This document shows positions 36,815 through 45,094 of a stretch of DNA of 64,000 bases, in pieces. Every line of letters starts with the position of its first letter. Position 1 is the first letter of the stretch. Made by a program: the position numbers and the translations under genes. The DNA is from a virus. Taxonomy: Duplodnaviria; Heunggongvirae; Uroviricota; Caudoviricetes. The notes beneath the pieces are model-generated. The model worked only from the letters and a program-made list of their open reading frames with translations, had not been told where the DNA came from and did not search any database. The stretch spans positions 91,305-155,304 of the IMG/VR virus record IMGVR_UViG_3300031949_000001, one strand, 5' to 3'.

Positions 36815-37777
36815 TTAAGCTGACTTGCTTGCCGACTGTTGACGACGACGTTCTGCCAACCCGGCTAGGATACGACGGGCTTCTGGATCTTGCTCGCCTG
36901 TAGTTGCTGGTGCTGGCTTCTCGATATCCTTGACAGTTTCCTTGATGACGGTTGTTGAAGCGGCTGCTGCATCCTTGACACTGGTGACAACCTGAACTGG
37001 TGTGTCATCCGCATCCGGTGTAGCATCACTTGCGTCGTCACCGCTCTTAAGAGGTTCGCCCTTAAGTGAGGCTTCTAGCATTGCTTCCAACTTATCAACG
37101 TCTGGACGCTTCGGTAGAAGTGTCGAAAGATCGATCAAACTGCTTTGAACATGAGCGATTGTTTCTTGATCCAAATCACTTGCCAACGGAACGAAACGGC
37201 TCATGTGGTAAGCTGCAACCTTGCGCTTATCTGGCAACATCTTTTCGGTCTTCTTGATGGTGAAGTTTGTTCCACCTTCGAATAAAAATGGTGGAACCTT
37301 TAGGTAGCCACTTTCGAAGGAGTCCTTGATAACATCATACAATTGGTTGCCCAATGCGAGGTAACGGGTCTTACCTTCGTGGTTCTCTTTGGTGTCCTTA
37401 TCCTTTGGAAGAGGATCGCTGACAATCAAAGCTTGGCAGATGTACTGAAGTTTGCGGTAGTAAATCTTACCATTGTCTTTGTCGTCCTTTTTGTAGTATG
37501 CTGAGGAGAGTTTGCAGATTGGACAAACTTCGTGGATGCCCCATGTCTTCGGACAGACGATAGACTTCTTCTCACCGTTGATAACAAGCTGGTGCATCTT
37601 CTTTTCGATGAGGAAACCCATTGGGTTTTCGTCGTTTCTATCTGGAAGGAATCGGACTTCAGCGGAATCGCCCATGTCCATGTTGTAAAAAGGGTAATAG
37701 TTGTTCTGACCTACGTTACTGTTTTGTTCGTTCTTCTTGAAGGCAGCGCGTAGCGCTTCCATATCGATTTTATTCAT
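36815..37777 (-). CDS. single-stranded DNA-binding protein (T4 gp32-like)
   Basis: VRFLP, CPKTWG...CPIC zinc site, GTNFTIKK; adjacent to uvsX. Confidence 0.85.
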   Translation of the reverse strand: MNKIDMEALRAAFKKNEQNSNVGQNNYYPFYNMDMGDSAEVRFLPDRNDENPMGFLIEKKMHQLVINGEKKSIVCPKTWGIHEVCPICKLSSAYYKKDDKDNGKIYYRKLQYICQALIVSDPLPKDKDTKENHEGKTRYLALGNQLYDVIKDSFESGYLKVPPFLFEGGTNFTIKKTEKMLPDKRKVAAYHMSRFVPLASDLDQETIAHVQSSLIDLSTLLPKRPDVDKLEAMLEASLKGEPLKSGDDASDATPDADDTPVQVVTSVKDAAAASTTVIKETVKDIEKPAPATTGEQDPEARRILAGLAERRRQQSASKSA

Positions 37778-37856
37778 GATGTTTTCCTTTTTCTTGTTGT
37801 GTTTCTTGTTGTTGTAATTTACTTTTCTCTTAATTCGGATGATGAATCCGTACTAC

Positions 37857-37925
37857 TATTTATCATCTGAAGTAGAAAAAGCGAGGAATTTCAACAAGTG
37901 TAATCCAAGAAAAAGGGATTGTCAA
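37857..37925 (-). promoter_or_regulatory. tandem sigma70 (TTGACA-17-TACACT, 37897-37925) and late (GATAAATA, 37857-37864) promoters of ssb
   Basis: Direct motif matches in the intergenic region. Confidence 0.65.
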
Positions 37926-38008
37926 GTGTAATCTAATTAGGCTCCGCAACCGCCACTATTTTTCGTAACAGAAACTCTAGTAACCCAACTGATGCCAGTA
38001 CCTACGCA

Positions 38009-40171
38009 TTAAAGTTGTATTACTGGATTAATTGTCATTCTCATTTTTGTCATACTCATAGCGATCCCGATCACGGCTACGAAGTTTCCGACTGTTACCG
38101 GTGCTACAATTGTAAGCATACCTGCTGTAGCATCACTCAAATAATATGTGGCTCCAGCCGTTAATCCACCGACTTGTCCTGTTACGGCGTCCCACTCTGC
38201 CGTTGTAGCTGTAAAAAATACCTCACCTGATATATTTCCAGTAGCTGCTGATGCAATAGTCGCGTCGGCAACTAATCCAACTGCTTTGGTTGTCGCTAGA
38301 ATGTTTGCTCTCGCCAAATCCACGTTATCAGCAGAAGATACGTACACTGGAGCACACTTAATAATTGGGCTTGCATTAGCATTAATTGCTGTTGTTATGG
38401 CTGTATTGGTTGCTAAAATACTATCAACATAAAACTTGGTTGCTAAATCTTGTGGGAGCGTAGGATTGTCAGCATTTATAATCTTGAAAGCACCCATGTT
38501 TATCGCACCAGTCATGGTGCCACCACTCAAAGGCAAGTAACTGCTCAATGAACTCACTAAAAATCCCAACGGAACAGCGTCGCTTGCCAATAATGGGTTA
38601 GGAAGACCAGTAACCGTTATACCAACGGTCGTCGGAAAGACTAATGAACCTGTCATCGAGTCGCCTGCTCTATTGACCTTGGCGACTAATGCAGTGACTA
38701 CAGAAACAAACGCATCCTGAACATCAGTTGGTAAAGGAATGACTGGTGCGACCGGCGTCACTGTTATTGTTGTTGCTGCTTGATTGTGTGGAAGTGGTGT
38801 ACGCGGATCAGACATTCTTGGATCGTTGTCGCCGACTGCTAATGGAGTTGCTGGGATAGCTGGGTTTAAGGTTAAATAAACGGAACCTAGTTGTGTGGCA
38901 GATGCCAATACTTGATTTCCTGGGACTCCTTGTAGTCCTTGAAGACCCAAACCACCCAAGCCTTGGTCGAAAATAATCTTTGTTGAATTGATAGTTCGTC
39001 CAACAGGAGGAGCTTTGTTTGGATGGTTAATTGGATCGGAAACAAATGGATCTATTGTGACTAAAATACCGTTGTTAACCCATAAAGTAATGTTCGGTGA
39101 AGCCCAATTCCAGTTAGGATTATCAACTACACCTTGAAGGACGGTTAGAGCTTGCTGACCTATTAATGCATTGTTTAAGATTATACCCAACACTTTGGTC
39201 GAGGTATCTTCATAGATGGCTGGATTTAGCTTTGTCGGATCAAGTGAATCTACAGAAACGACTTGATACGCTGCCATATTTTGTGTAACGTTTCCGAACG
39301 TGAATGAATCTTCTAACTTCAACGGTTGTGTCTGACCGGTTGCACTGATGAACGGACTTTCTGTTGTAAAGAATTGACCATTGACAAGTTTGACCGCCAC
39401 TCCATTTTGGTCGTAGAATATGAAACCTGATAGAATAGATGTATTGTTTCCGACTTGGCTTCCAACATCGTACGTCACTAGTTGTCCGGTTGTTAGTCCA
39501 ATAGTTGGTACGTGCTGCAAAAAGCCAGTTATTATTGGAGAAGGAACAATTTGGCTGACCGTGATTTCGCTTCGGTTCAAACCGACATTGAAAATATAGG
39601 CTGTTACGTTGTAACTACCATTATTTAGACCACCTCCAACGATTGTTATTGCGTCTCCAATAACAAATTCTGCTGTTATGTTTCCAGTGACGTAAAAAGT
39701 TTTCTGGACATTGTTACCACCAAGCAAGGCGTATTCGTTGGTGACTTGTGTGTTCTGAAGATTACCAGCGAAAACGCGAATCTTATTAACCCAATTTGTG
39801 CCATTCCAAACGAACATTCCAATCGTGAGTGTATTAAACCAGTGTTGATCAATTACTGGTGATGGTGGCGCGACCGGTCCAAAAACCGGAAACGAATTGG
39901 TGTATCCGTAGGTTTTGATACCTGTGATAACGTTCAAATCCCAATAGAACCAGTAAGACAAAGTTCCGAGGAATGGTCCAAGAAAAGCTTGAATCTGAGT
40001 ATTGTCCTGCTCTCGTATCAAATATTCAGACGGTCCTTGAGAAAAGCTTACAAGGAGTGGTCCAATTGTGGTATCAACGTAGACATCTCCACCAAGCAAT
40101 TTAAGAAAATTTGGCTGATTTGAAAAATTATGAGAGCACTGAACAATGCCTTGTCGAAAAGGTATCTGCAT
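38009..40171 (-). CDS. tail fibre/virion structural protein
   Basis: IPFRQGIV N-terminus, DQHWFN, GDNDPRMSD, GGTMTG / DLATKFYVD fibre repeats; AATAAATA at 40218-40225. Confidence 0.7.
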   Translation of the reverse strand: MQIPFRQGIVQCSHNFSNQPNFLKLLGGDVYVDTTIGPLLVSFSQGPSEYLIREQDNTQIQAFLGPFLGTLSYWFYWDLNVITGIKTYGYTNSFPVFGPVAPPSPVIDQHWFNTLTIGMFVWNGTNWVNKIRVFAGNLQNTQVTNEYALLGGNNVQKTFYVTGNITAEFVIGDAITIVGGGLNNGSYNVTAYIFNVGLNRSEITVSQIVPSPIITGFLQHVPTIGLTTGQLVTYDVGSQVGNNTSILSGFIFYDQNGVAVKLVNGQFFTTESPFISATGQTQPLKLEDSFTFGNVTQNMAAYQVVSVDSLDPTKLNPAIYEDTSTKVLGIILNNALIGQQALTVLQGVVDNPNWNWASPNITLWVNNGILVTIDPFVSDPINHPNKAPPVGRTINSTKIIFDQGLGGLGLQGLQGVPGNQVLASATQLGSVYLTLNPAIPATPLAVGDNDPRMSDPRTPLPHNQAATTITVTPVAPVIPLPTDVQDAFVSVVTALVAKVNRAGDSMTGSLVFPTTVGITVTGLPNPLLASDAVPLGFLVSSLSSYLPLSGGTMTGAINMGAFKIINADNPTLPQDLATKFYVDSILATNTAITTAINANASPIIKCAPVYVSSADNVDLARANILATTKAVGLVADATIASAATGNISGEVFFTATTAEWDAVTGQVGGLTAGATYYLSDATAGMLTIVAPVTVGNFVAVIGIAMSMTKMRMTINPVIQL

Positions 40172-40261
40172 TTAGCATCCTTGGTTTGTATAAATAAGTA
40201 AGTATGGTGATACTTTCTATTTATTAACAGCTTGTGTTAAATCATTGAGGAGGATACGTCA

Positions 40262-40753
40262 ATGAAATATGTTTTTTTGAAATGGTGGTTGTTATTTTGC
40301 GTAACTATAGCTAGTAGCGTATATGTTTACAATATTGGTTTGTTCTCTAAGTTATGGGCGCTCGATCTATCCAAGATGAGTTTTGTCACATTGGTTTTGT
40401 ATGTTGTGATGTCGCTTTACATCGGATATCAGACGTGGCGCGTCTCAAGAAAAAATCGAACGGATCATGATATTCACAAAACGGTTATTTCTTTACCGGG
40501 TTTTTGGTTTTCGTCAGAAGCTATGATGGTTTGTGGAATGATCGGTACTGTCATTGGATTTATATTGGCTCTTCGTCCAGCATTTTCGAACTTTACTATT
40601 GCACAAACAGAAGTCATCGCCCAAATGGCTAGCGGTATGGCAACATCCTGTCTAGCAACGCTATGTGGACTTTTGACTATGGTTCTGACGCGAACGCAAT
40701 TGGTTAGCCTGGAGTATTTCCTAAATGAAGACGAAACCGCTGATAACGGGTAG
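40262..40753 (+). CDS. MotA/TolQ/ExbB proton-channel family protein
   Basis: Four TM segments; GMIGTVIGF, GMATSCLATLCGL; TATAAATA at 40189-40196. Confidence 0.7.
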   Translation: MKYVFLKWWLLFCVTIASSVYVYNIGLFSKLWALDLSKMSFVTLVLYVVMSLYIGYQTWRVSRKNRTDHDIHKTVISLPGFWFSSEAMMVCGMIGTVIGFILALRPAFSNFTIAQTEVIAQMASGMATSCLATLCGLLTMVLTRTQLVSLEYFLNEDETADNG

Positions 40754-41432
40754 CCACTCTAAGTATTCTACAAACATTTCGTTCCTAGATATCTTGATGA
40801 ACATCATTCTAGCGTTCGTTATCATGTTTCTTTTGGCTTTTCTTCAGATCAACGAAAAGATTGTAAAGACTCCACAAGTCGAATCTAAGGCTGAGGTTTT
40901 AATAATTTTGACTTGGTCAGATTATAACAATGATGATATCGACCTTTGGATGCAGCTTCCTGACCGACAAACTGTTAACTTCAATACGAAGGATATGGGG
41001 TTTGCACACCTAGAACGCGATGATCGTGGAATTGGTGGTGATATTGTCGATTTGCCTGAAGGTGGTAGAAAATTTATTCGGTTAAACAAAGAGGTTTTGA
41101 CCTTACGTGCAATGGTTCCAGGACGATACGATGTAAATGTTCAGTTTTATAATGTCAACGAAGGTGCGATGTATGATGAGTCAAGAGTGACGCCAGTGAA
41201 GGCGCCATTCAAAGGGAAAGTAACGTTAGCTCGAATCAATCCTAGTTACGAAGAACTTGATGTTGTTGAAGTATTAATGAGTGCTCCGGGAGATGAAAAA
41301 ACAGCGTTTTCTTTTACAATTAACGATGAGTTAAAAATCGTTGATATCACACACAATCCAGTTTTGTTTGTTACAAAGACTCCATTCGCATCTGATGGAA
41401 TGGGACACCACAACGACGCGGCGGGTCACTAA
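40725..41432 (+). CDS. ExbD/TolR/MotB-like single-pass membrane protein with soluble domain
   Basis: ISFLDILMNIILAF (TM aspartate), then DIDLW...LERDDRG. Confidence 0.65.
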   Translation: MKTKPLITGSHSKYSTNISFLDILMNIILAFVIMFLLAFLQINEKIVKTPQVESKAEVLIILTWSDYNNDDIDLWMQLPDRQTVNFNTKDMGFAHLERDDRGIGGDIVDLPEGGRKFIRLNKEVLTLRAMVPGRYDVNVQFYNVNEGAMYDESRVTPVKAPFKGKVTLARINPSYEELDVVEVLMSAPGDEKTAFSFTINDELKIVDITHNPVLFVTKTPFASDGMGHHNDAAGH

Positions 41433-41433
41433 C

Positions 41434-41925
41434 ATGATGGCAAGTCAATTAATTTATATGTTACCATTGACTATTTTGATAGTCATCTTATCAGTGTTTT
41501 TTGCGTTTTTATTGATTAAAACAAAAATGAATTATTACGTTAAGTTTCTTGGTATTCCGTTACTTATTTTTACATCAATCTTTGCATATAAATTTCTTGA
41601 TTCTTCTCTCGGATATGCATATCCCGCAGATATTCCAGGTAAGTTCATTCTATTGGGATATGAGGTTGTTGAGAAGGAACATGTAAAAAATATTGAATTA
41701 TGGATATCTTCAGACCCAGCCAGAACCCGTTTGTTAAAACTTCCATATTCAAAAGAGATACTTCAAAAGCTTTGGGAGGCTCAAGAACTAGCGCATGGTA
41801 GACCACTAATGGGAGAGTTTAAAGATGGAAAAATGGGAGATTTTGTCTCTAATTTTAATTTTTACCCCTTCAATATATATGAAGCGTTGCCGAAGGGTGA
41901 ACCACCCAAAAGCACTATTCGTTAG
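41434..41925 (+). CDS. two-TM membrane protein, third gene of the triad
   Basis: Start reassigned to the ATG at 41434; two hydrophobic helices, then LGYAYP...IELW...LPYS. Confidence 0.65.
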   Translation: MMASQLIYMLPLTILIVILSVFFAFLLIKTKMNYYVKFLGIPLLIFTSIFAYKFLDSSLGYAYPADIPGKFILLGYEVVEKEHVKNIELWISSDPARTRLLKLPYSKEILQKLWEAQELAHGRPLMGEFKDGKMGDFVSNFNFYPFNIYEALPKGEPPKSTIR

Positions 41926-42386
41926 GTATTTCCATCTCCCCTGGTCGGTGGAGGAGTGATGGTACCCTTCCAACCAGTTGTTGAATCGTAATCCAGTAGT
42001 GCTTGTATGTCTGTTAACGCTGCTATAGCACCTTTGTGCGCGAAAGATACAAAGTAATTCGTGGAAATGAAACTAAACAATGTCTGACCCAATCCGATGA
42101 GTTGAACAGCCGTCATCGGTACGTCTACATTATCTTTAGAACGCCATATAAACCCCGCTGGCATGTCTTGCCCCTGTTGAAGTAAAAGCATTGCAAACGT
42201 AACAGAACCAGAAATGTTCTGAATAGAGGTTGCGTCCGACTGGAATGTATGACCCATATAATCAAATCCACACCGATTATGCTCGGTAAGTTGTTCGTTA
42301 ACAATTTTATTATTCCAAGTTTGTAGATTTTCGACGGTTTCGTTCCATACACCTTGTTCATTTTGTACTATGTAACCTGGATTCAT
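41922..42386 (-). CDS. tail fibre assembly/chaperone-like protein (DUF4376-like)
   Basis: GFDYMGHTFQSD...WRSKDNVDVPMT...GW; paralog of 48516-49079. Confidence 0.7.
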   Translation of the reverse strand: MNPGYIVQNEQGVWNETVENLQTWNNKIVNEQLTEHNRCGFDYMGHTFQSDATSIQNISGSVTFAMLLLQQGQDMPAGFIWRSKDNVDVPMTAVQLIGLGQTLFSFISTNYFVSFAHKGAIAALTDIQALLDYDSTTGWKGTITPPPTRGDGNT

Positions 42387-42388
42387 TT

Positions 42389-43279
42389 TTACCTCGTAGT
42401 TGTAGGAGTATATATTAATTGAGCATAGTCGATGTCTGCGACTCTAGCTGTTATGCCTGCGGCTTTGAATATGGTTGCATTAAATCCAATAGCAGTCGTT
42501 GGAATGTTTGTGGTGATCGTGGCTACAAGAGCATCATCGATATAGAAATCAACGGAAGTACCCGCTCCATTTATCAAAATTCCAAGTTTGTACCATTGGT
42601 TAGCATTAACAGTTATGCCAGTATCAACTCTTGTGCCTACCCCAGCATTCTGTGTTGCGGCTCTCCAAGTTGTTGTTACTGTTGAGTGATACACAAAAAA
42701 TACGCCGTTTGCGTTTGCGTTTGCATCAACAAAACCCATCTGAAAAATATATTCTTGTGCAACTGAACCGAGAACTGGTACCATCACTCTCCATTCTGTA
42801 TAGTACTGACCATAACCGAGTATGAAACAATCAAGACTTAAGGACATGGCTGCTACTCCTGTAGTAGTCGTTCCAGTCGATAGTTCCATAACACCAAGAC
42901 TGTTGTTTCCAGATGTCACTAGGTTGGGATTACTTGCGACTGAAGCGCCAGCGCCAGTTTCTAAAACGGTCCACCCCTCACCAAAAATTGCACCTGTTGC
43001 AATATTTGCGTCGTACAAAAAGTCATCAAACACACATCCAAATCCTCTTCCACCACTTTGAAAAATTGGTTGCCATGCGCCATTAACGAATTGTTCGGTT
43101 ACACCTAAATCTGTATTTGTACGCATTGTTCCATTGGAAGGAGAAGCAGGACGTTGTGCAATCGTTCCAGAAGGCAAAACAATTCCTTGCGTGCCAGAAA
43201 TTGTCAACACGTTCGCACCGGGATCTGCTGTTAGGATTCCGGCTATAGAACTTGCATCATTGTCGAATGTAAAAGCCAT
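42389..43279 (-). CDS. lectin-like (ConA/LamG-type) short fibre, paralog 3
   Basis: PSGTIAQRP...NGTMR, FDDF, WYKLGI, FYID, IDYAQ. Confidence 0.7.
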   Translation of the reverse strand: MAFTFDNDASSIAGILTADPGANVLTISGTQGIVLPSGTIAQRPASPSNGTMRTNTDLGVTEQFVNGAWQPIFQSGGRGFGCVFDDFLYDANIATGAIFGEGWTVLETGAGASVASNPNLVTSGNNSLGVMELSTGTTTTGVAAMSLSLDCFILGYGQYYTEWRVMVPVLGSVAQEYIFQMGFVDANANANGVFFVYHSTVTTTWRAATQNAGVGTRVDTGITVNANQWYKLGILINGAGTSVDFYIDDALVATITTNIPTTAIGFNATIFKAAGITARVADIDYAQLIYTPTTTR

Positions 43280-43282
43280 ATC

Positions 43283-44173
43283 TTACCTTGTCGTTGTCAA
43301 TGAATAATAGAATTGCGCATAATCTACATATAGACTTCTAGAAGCCGTTCCGGCTGATTTCTGAACCATCATATTTACTCCGAATGGATTAACTGGAATA
43401 TTCGTTGTTACAGTATCCAGTAGCACACCATTGATGTTAAAAGAGACTGAAGAAGCTGCTGCGTTTATCAAAATTCCAAGTGTATACCATGTCCCGGCAA
43501 CAATCGTCATAATGGCTACTGTGCTCGTTGCTACGCTTGCATTCCGACAAGTGCCTCGTAATCCAGTTGTGGCGTTATGAAAAAAGTAAGCTCCGTTTGC
43601 GCCTAGTGTTGTCGCATCGTCTTTGAATCCTATACGTGCTGTAAATGCATCACCAGCGGTTGCCAGTGTTGGTATCTGTATGCGCCATTCACCGTATAAC
43701 GTGCCATAACCAAGAGCAAAACAATTTTGGGCTAAATATGCTGATGCTACTCCAGTGGTTGTTGTGCCTGTGCTTAATTGAACAACCCCAATATCATTGT
43801 TACCAGCACTTAACACACTTGAAATACCATTTACTGCTGCTCCAGTTCCCGCAAGGAACCGTGTCCAACCTTTCGCAAAGGGAGTTGCGACCGCCGCGTT
43901 ATCAATTAAAAAATCATCAAAAAATGAATTATAGCTCCTTCCGCCTACACTACCCGGAGGTTGCCAACTACTATTACCATAAAGCTCTGGAACTACTAAA
44001 CTTGAATTGTTTCGGATCATACCATTTGCTGGTGATCCGGGACGTTGTGCGGTCGTGCCCGTAGGCACGAGAAGTCCCTGCGTACCAGCAACAGTAAGCA
44101 CATTAGCGCCAGGATCAAACGTGAGAACGTTCGTTATTTTGCCTAAATCATTATCAAATATCAAAGCAGCCAT
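43283..44173 (-). CDS. lectin-like short fibre, paralog 2
   Basis: Same architecture as its neighbours. Confidence 0.7.
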   Translation of the reverse strand: MAALIFDNDLGKITNVLTFDPGANVLTVAGTQGLLVPTGTTAQRPGSPANGMIRNNSSLVVPELYGNSSWQPPGSVGGRSYNSFFDDFLIDNAAVATPFAKGWTRFLAGTGAAVNGISSVLSAGNNDIGVVQLSTGTTTTGVASAYLAQNCFALGYGTLYGEWRIQIPTLATAGDAFTARIGFKDDATTLGANGAYFFHNATTGLRGTCRNASVATSTVAIMTIVAGTWYTLGILINAAASSVSFNINGVLLDTVTTNIPVNPFGVNMMVQKSAGTASRSLYVDYAQFYYSLTTTR

Positions 44174-44176
44174 TTC

Positions 44177-45094
44177 TTATCTCGCAGTCGTTAATGCACA
44201 TGTCATTTGAGCGTAATCAATTTCTAATGTCCTGGCTGTTGTTCCTGCTGTTTTTACAATTTGTGCTCCAAAGCCGGTCACGTTAGGAATCTCGGCGCCC
44301 CCTGTTGGAATGTTCGTTGTGGTCGTTACAACAAGCGTGTCGTTAATGTAAAACCCGACCGATGTTCCATCAGCATTCATTAGGATGCCGAGTTTATACC
44401 AAGTCGCTGAGGCTATCGCTGTGCCACTGGATGTTGAAGTTGCTGTACCACCATTGATAGTGACACAATTCCATACTGGCGCGTTACCACCAGTTCCCAA
44501 AAAGTAAACACCGTTTTGAGCAACGCCTGTCGTCCAAACATCATCGAAACCAATACGGACATTGTAAGCTTGTGCTGTCGTGCTAGTGTTTGGCATATTG
44601 ACACGCCACTCCGCATAAAACTTCGAGTAGCCAAACAAAAAGGCATTCGAACTTATAAATGCCGAGGCGAGACCGGTGGTCGTCGTTCCAGTCGATAATT
44701 CCATAATACCAAACGTGTTATTAGCCGACGTTAGTAAGGTTGTATTACCCCTGATCGCTGCCCCCGTTCCTGTAGTGGAAACACGCCAACCAAAACGTCC
44801 AAAACCCGAAACTTGTGCTGAAGTGGTAATCAAAAAATCATCAAATATTGTGTTGTAACTAGAGCCACCATCACTAAAAATTGGTTGCCAGGAGCCATTA
44901 ACGTACTCTTCAATAAAACCATAGTCTGAATTATTTCTTAGGGTTCCATTAACAGGCGAGCCTGGGCGTTGCGCAGTGGTTCCAGATGGAATTTGTGCAG
45001 CCTGTACGTTATTCCAAGTTAAAACGTTAGCGCCAGGATCTAATGTTAAAACGTTTTGAATTAAGCCCTGGTCGTCATCAAATAACAGAGCCAT
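44177..45094 (-). CDS. lectin-like short fibre, paralog 1
   Basis: Same architecture as its neighbours. Confidence 0.7.
   Translation of the reverse strand: MALLFDDDQGLIQNVLTLDPGANVLTWNNVQAAQIPSGTTAQRPGSPVNGTLRNNSDYGFIEEYVNGSWQPIFSDGGSSYNTIFDDFLITTSAQVSGFGRFGWRVSTTGTGAAIRGNTTLLTSANNTFGIMELSTGTTTTGLASAFISSNAFLFGYSKFYAEWRVNMPNTSTTAQAYNVRIGFDDVWTTGVAQNGVYFLGTGGNAPVWNCVTINGGTATSTSSGTAIASATWYKLGILMNADGTSVGFYINDTLVVTTTTNIPTGGAEIPNVTGFGAQIVKTAGTTARTLEIDYAQMTCALTTAR

Noticed and set aside
42389-45094. Diversity-generating retroelement or invertible shufflon acting on the lectin paralogs
   Set aside because: There is no reverse transcriptase or recombinase in the window, no near-identical template/variable repeat pair, and all copies are co-oriented full genes.
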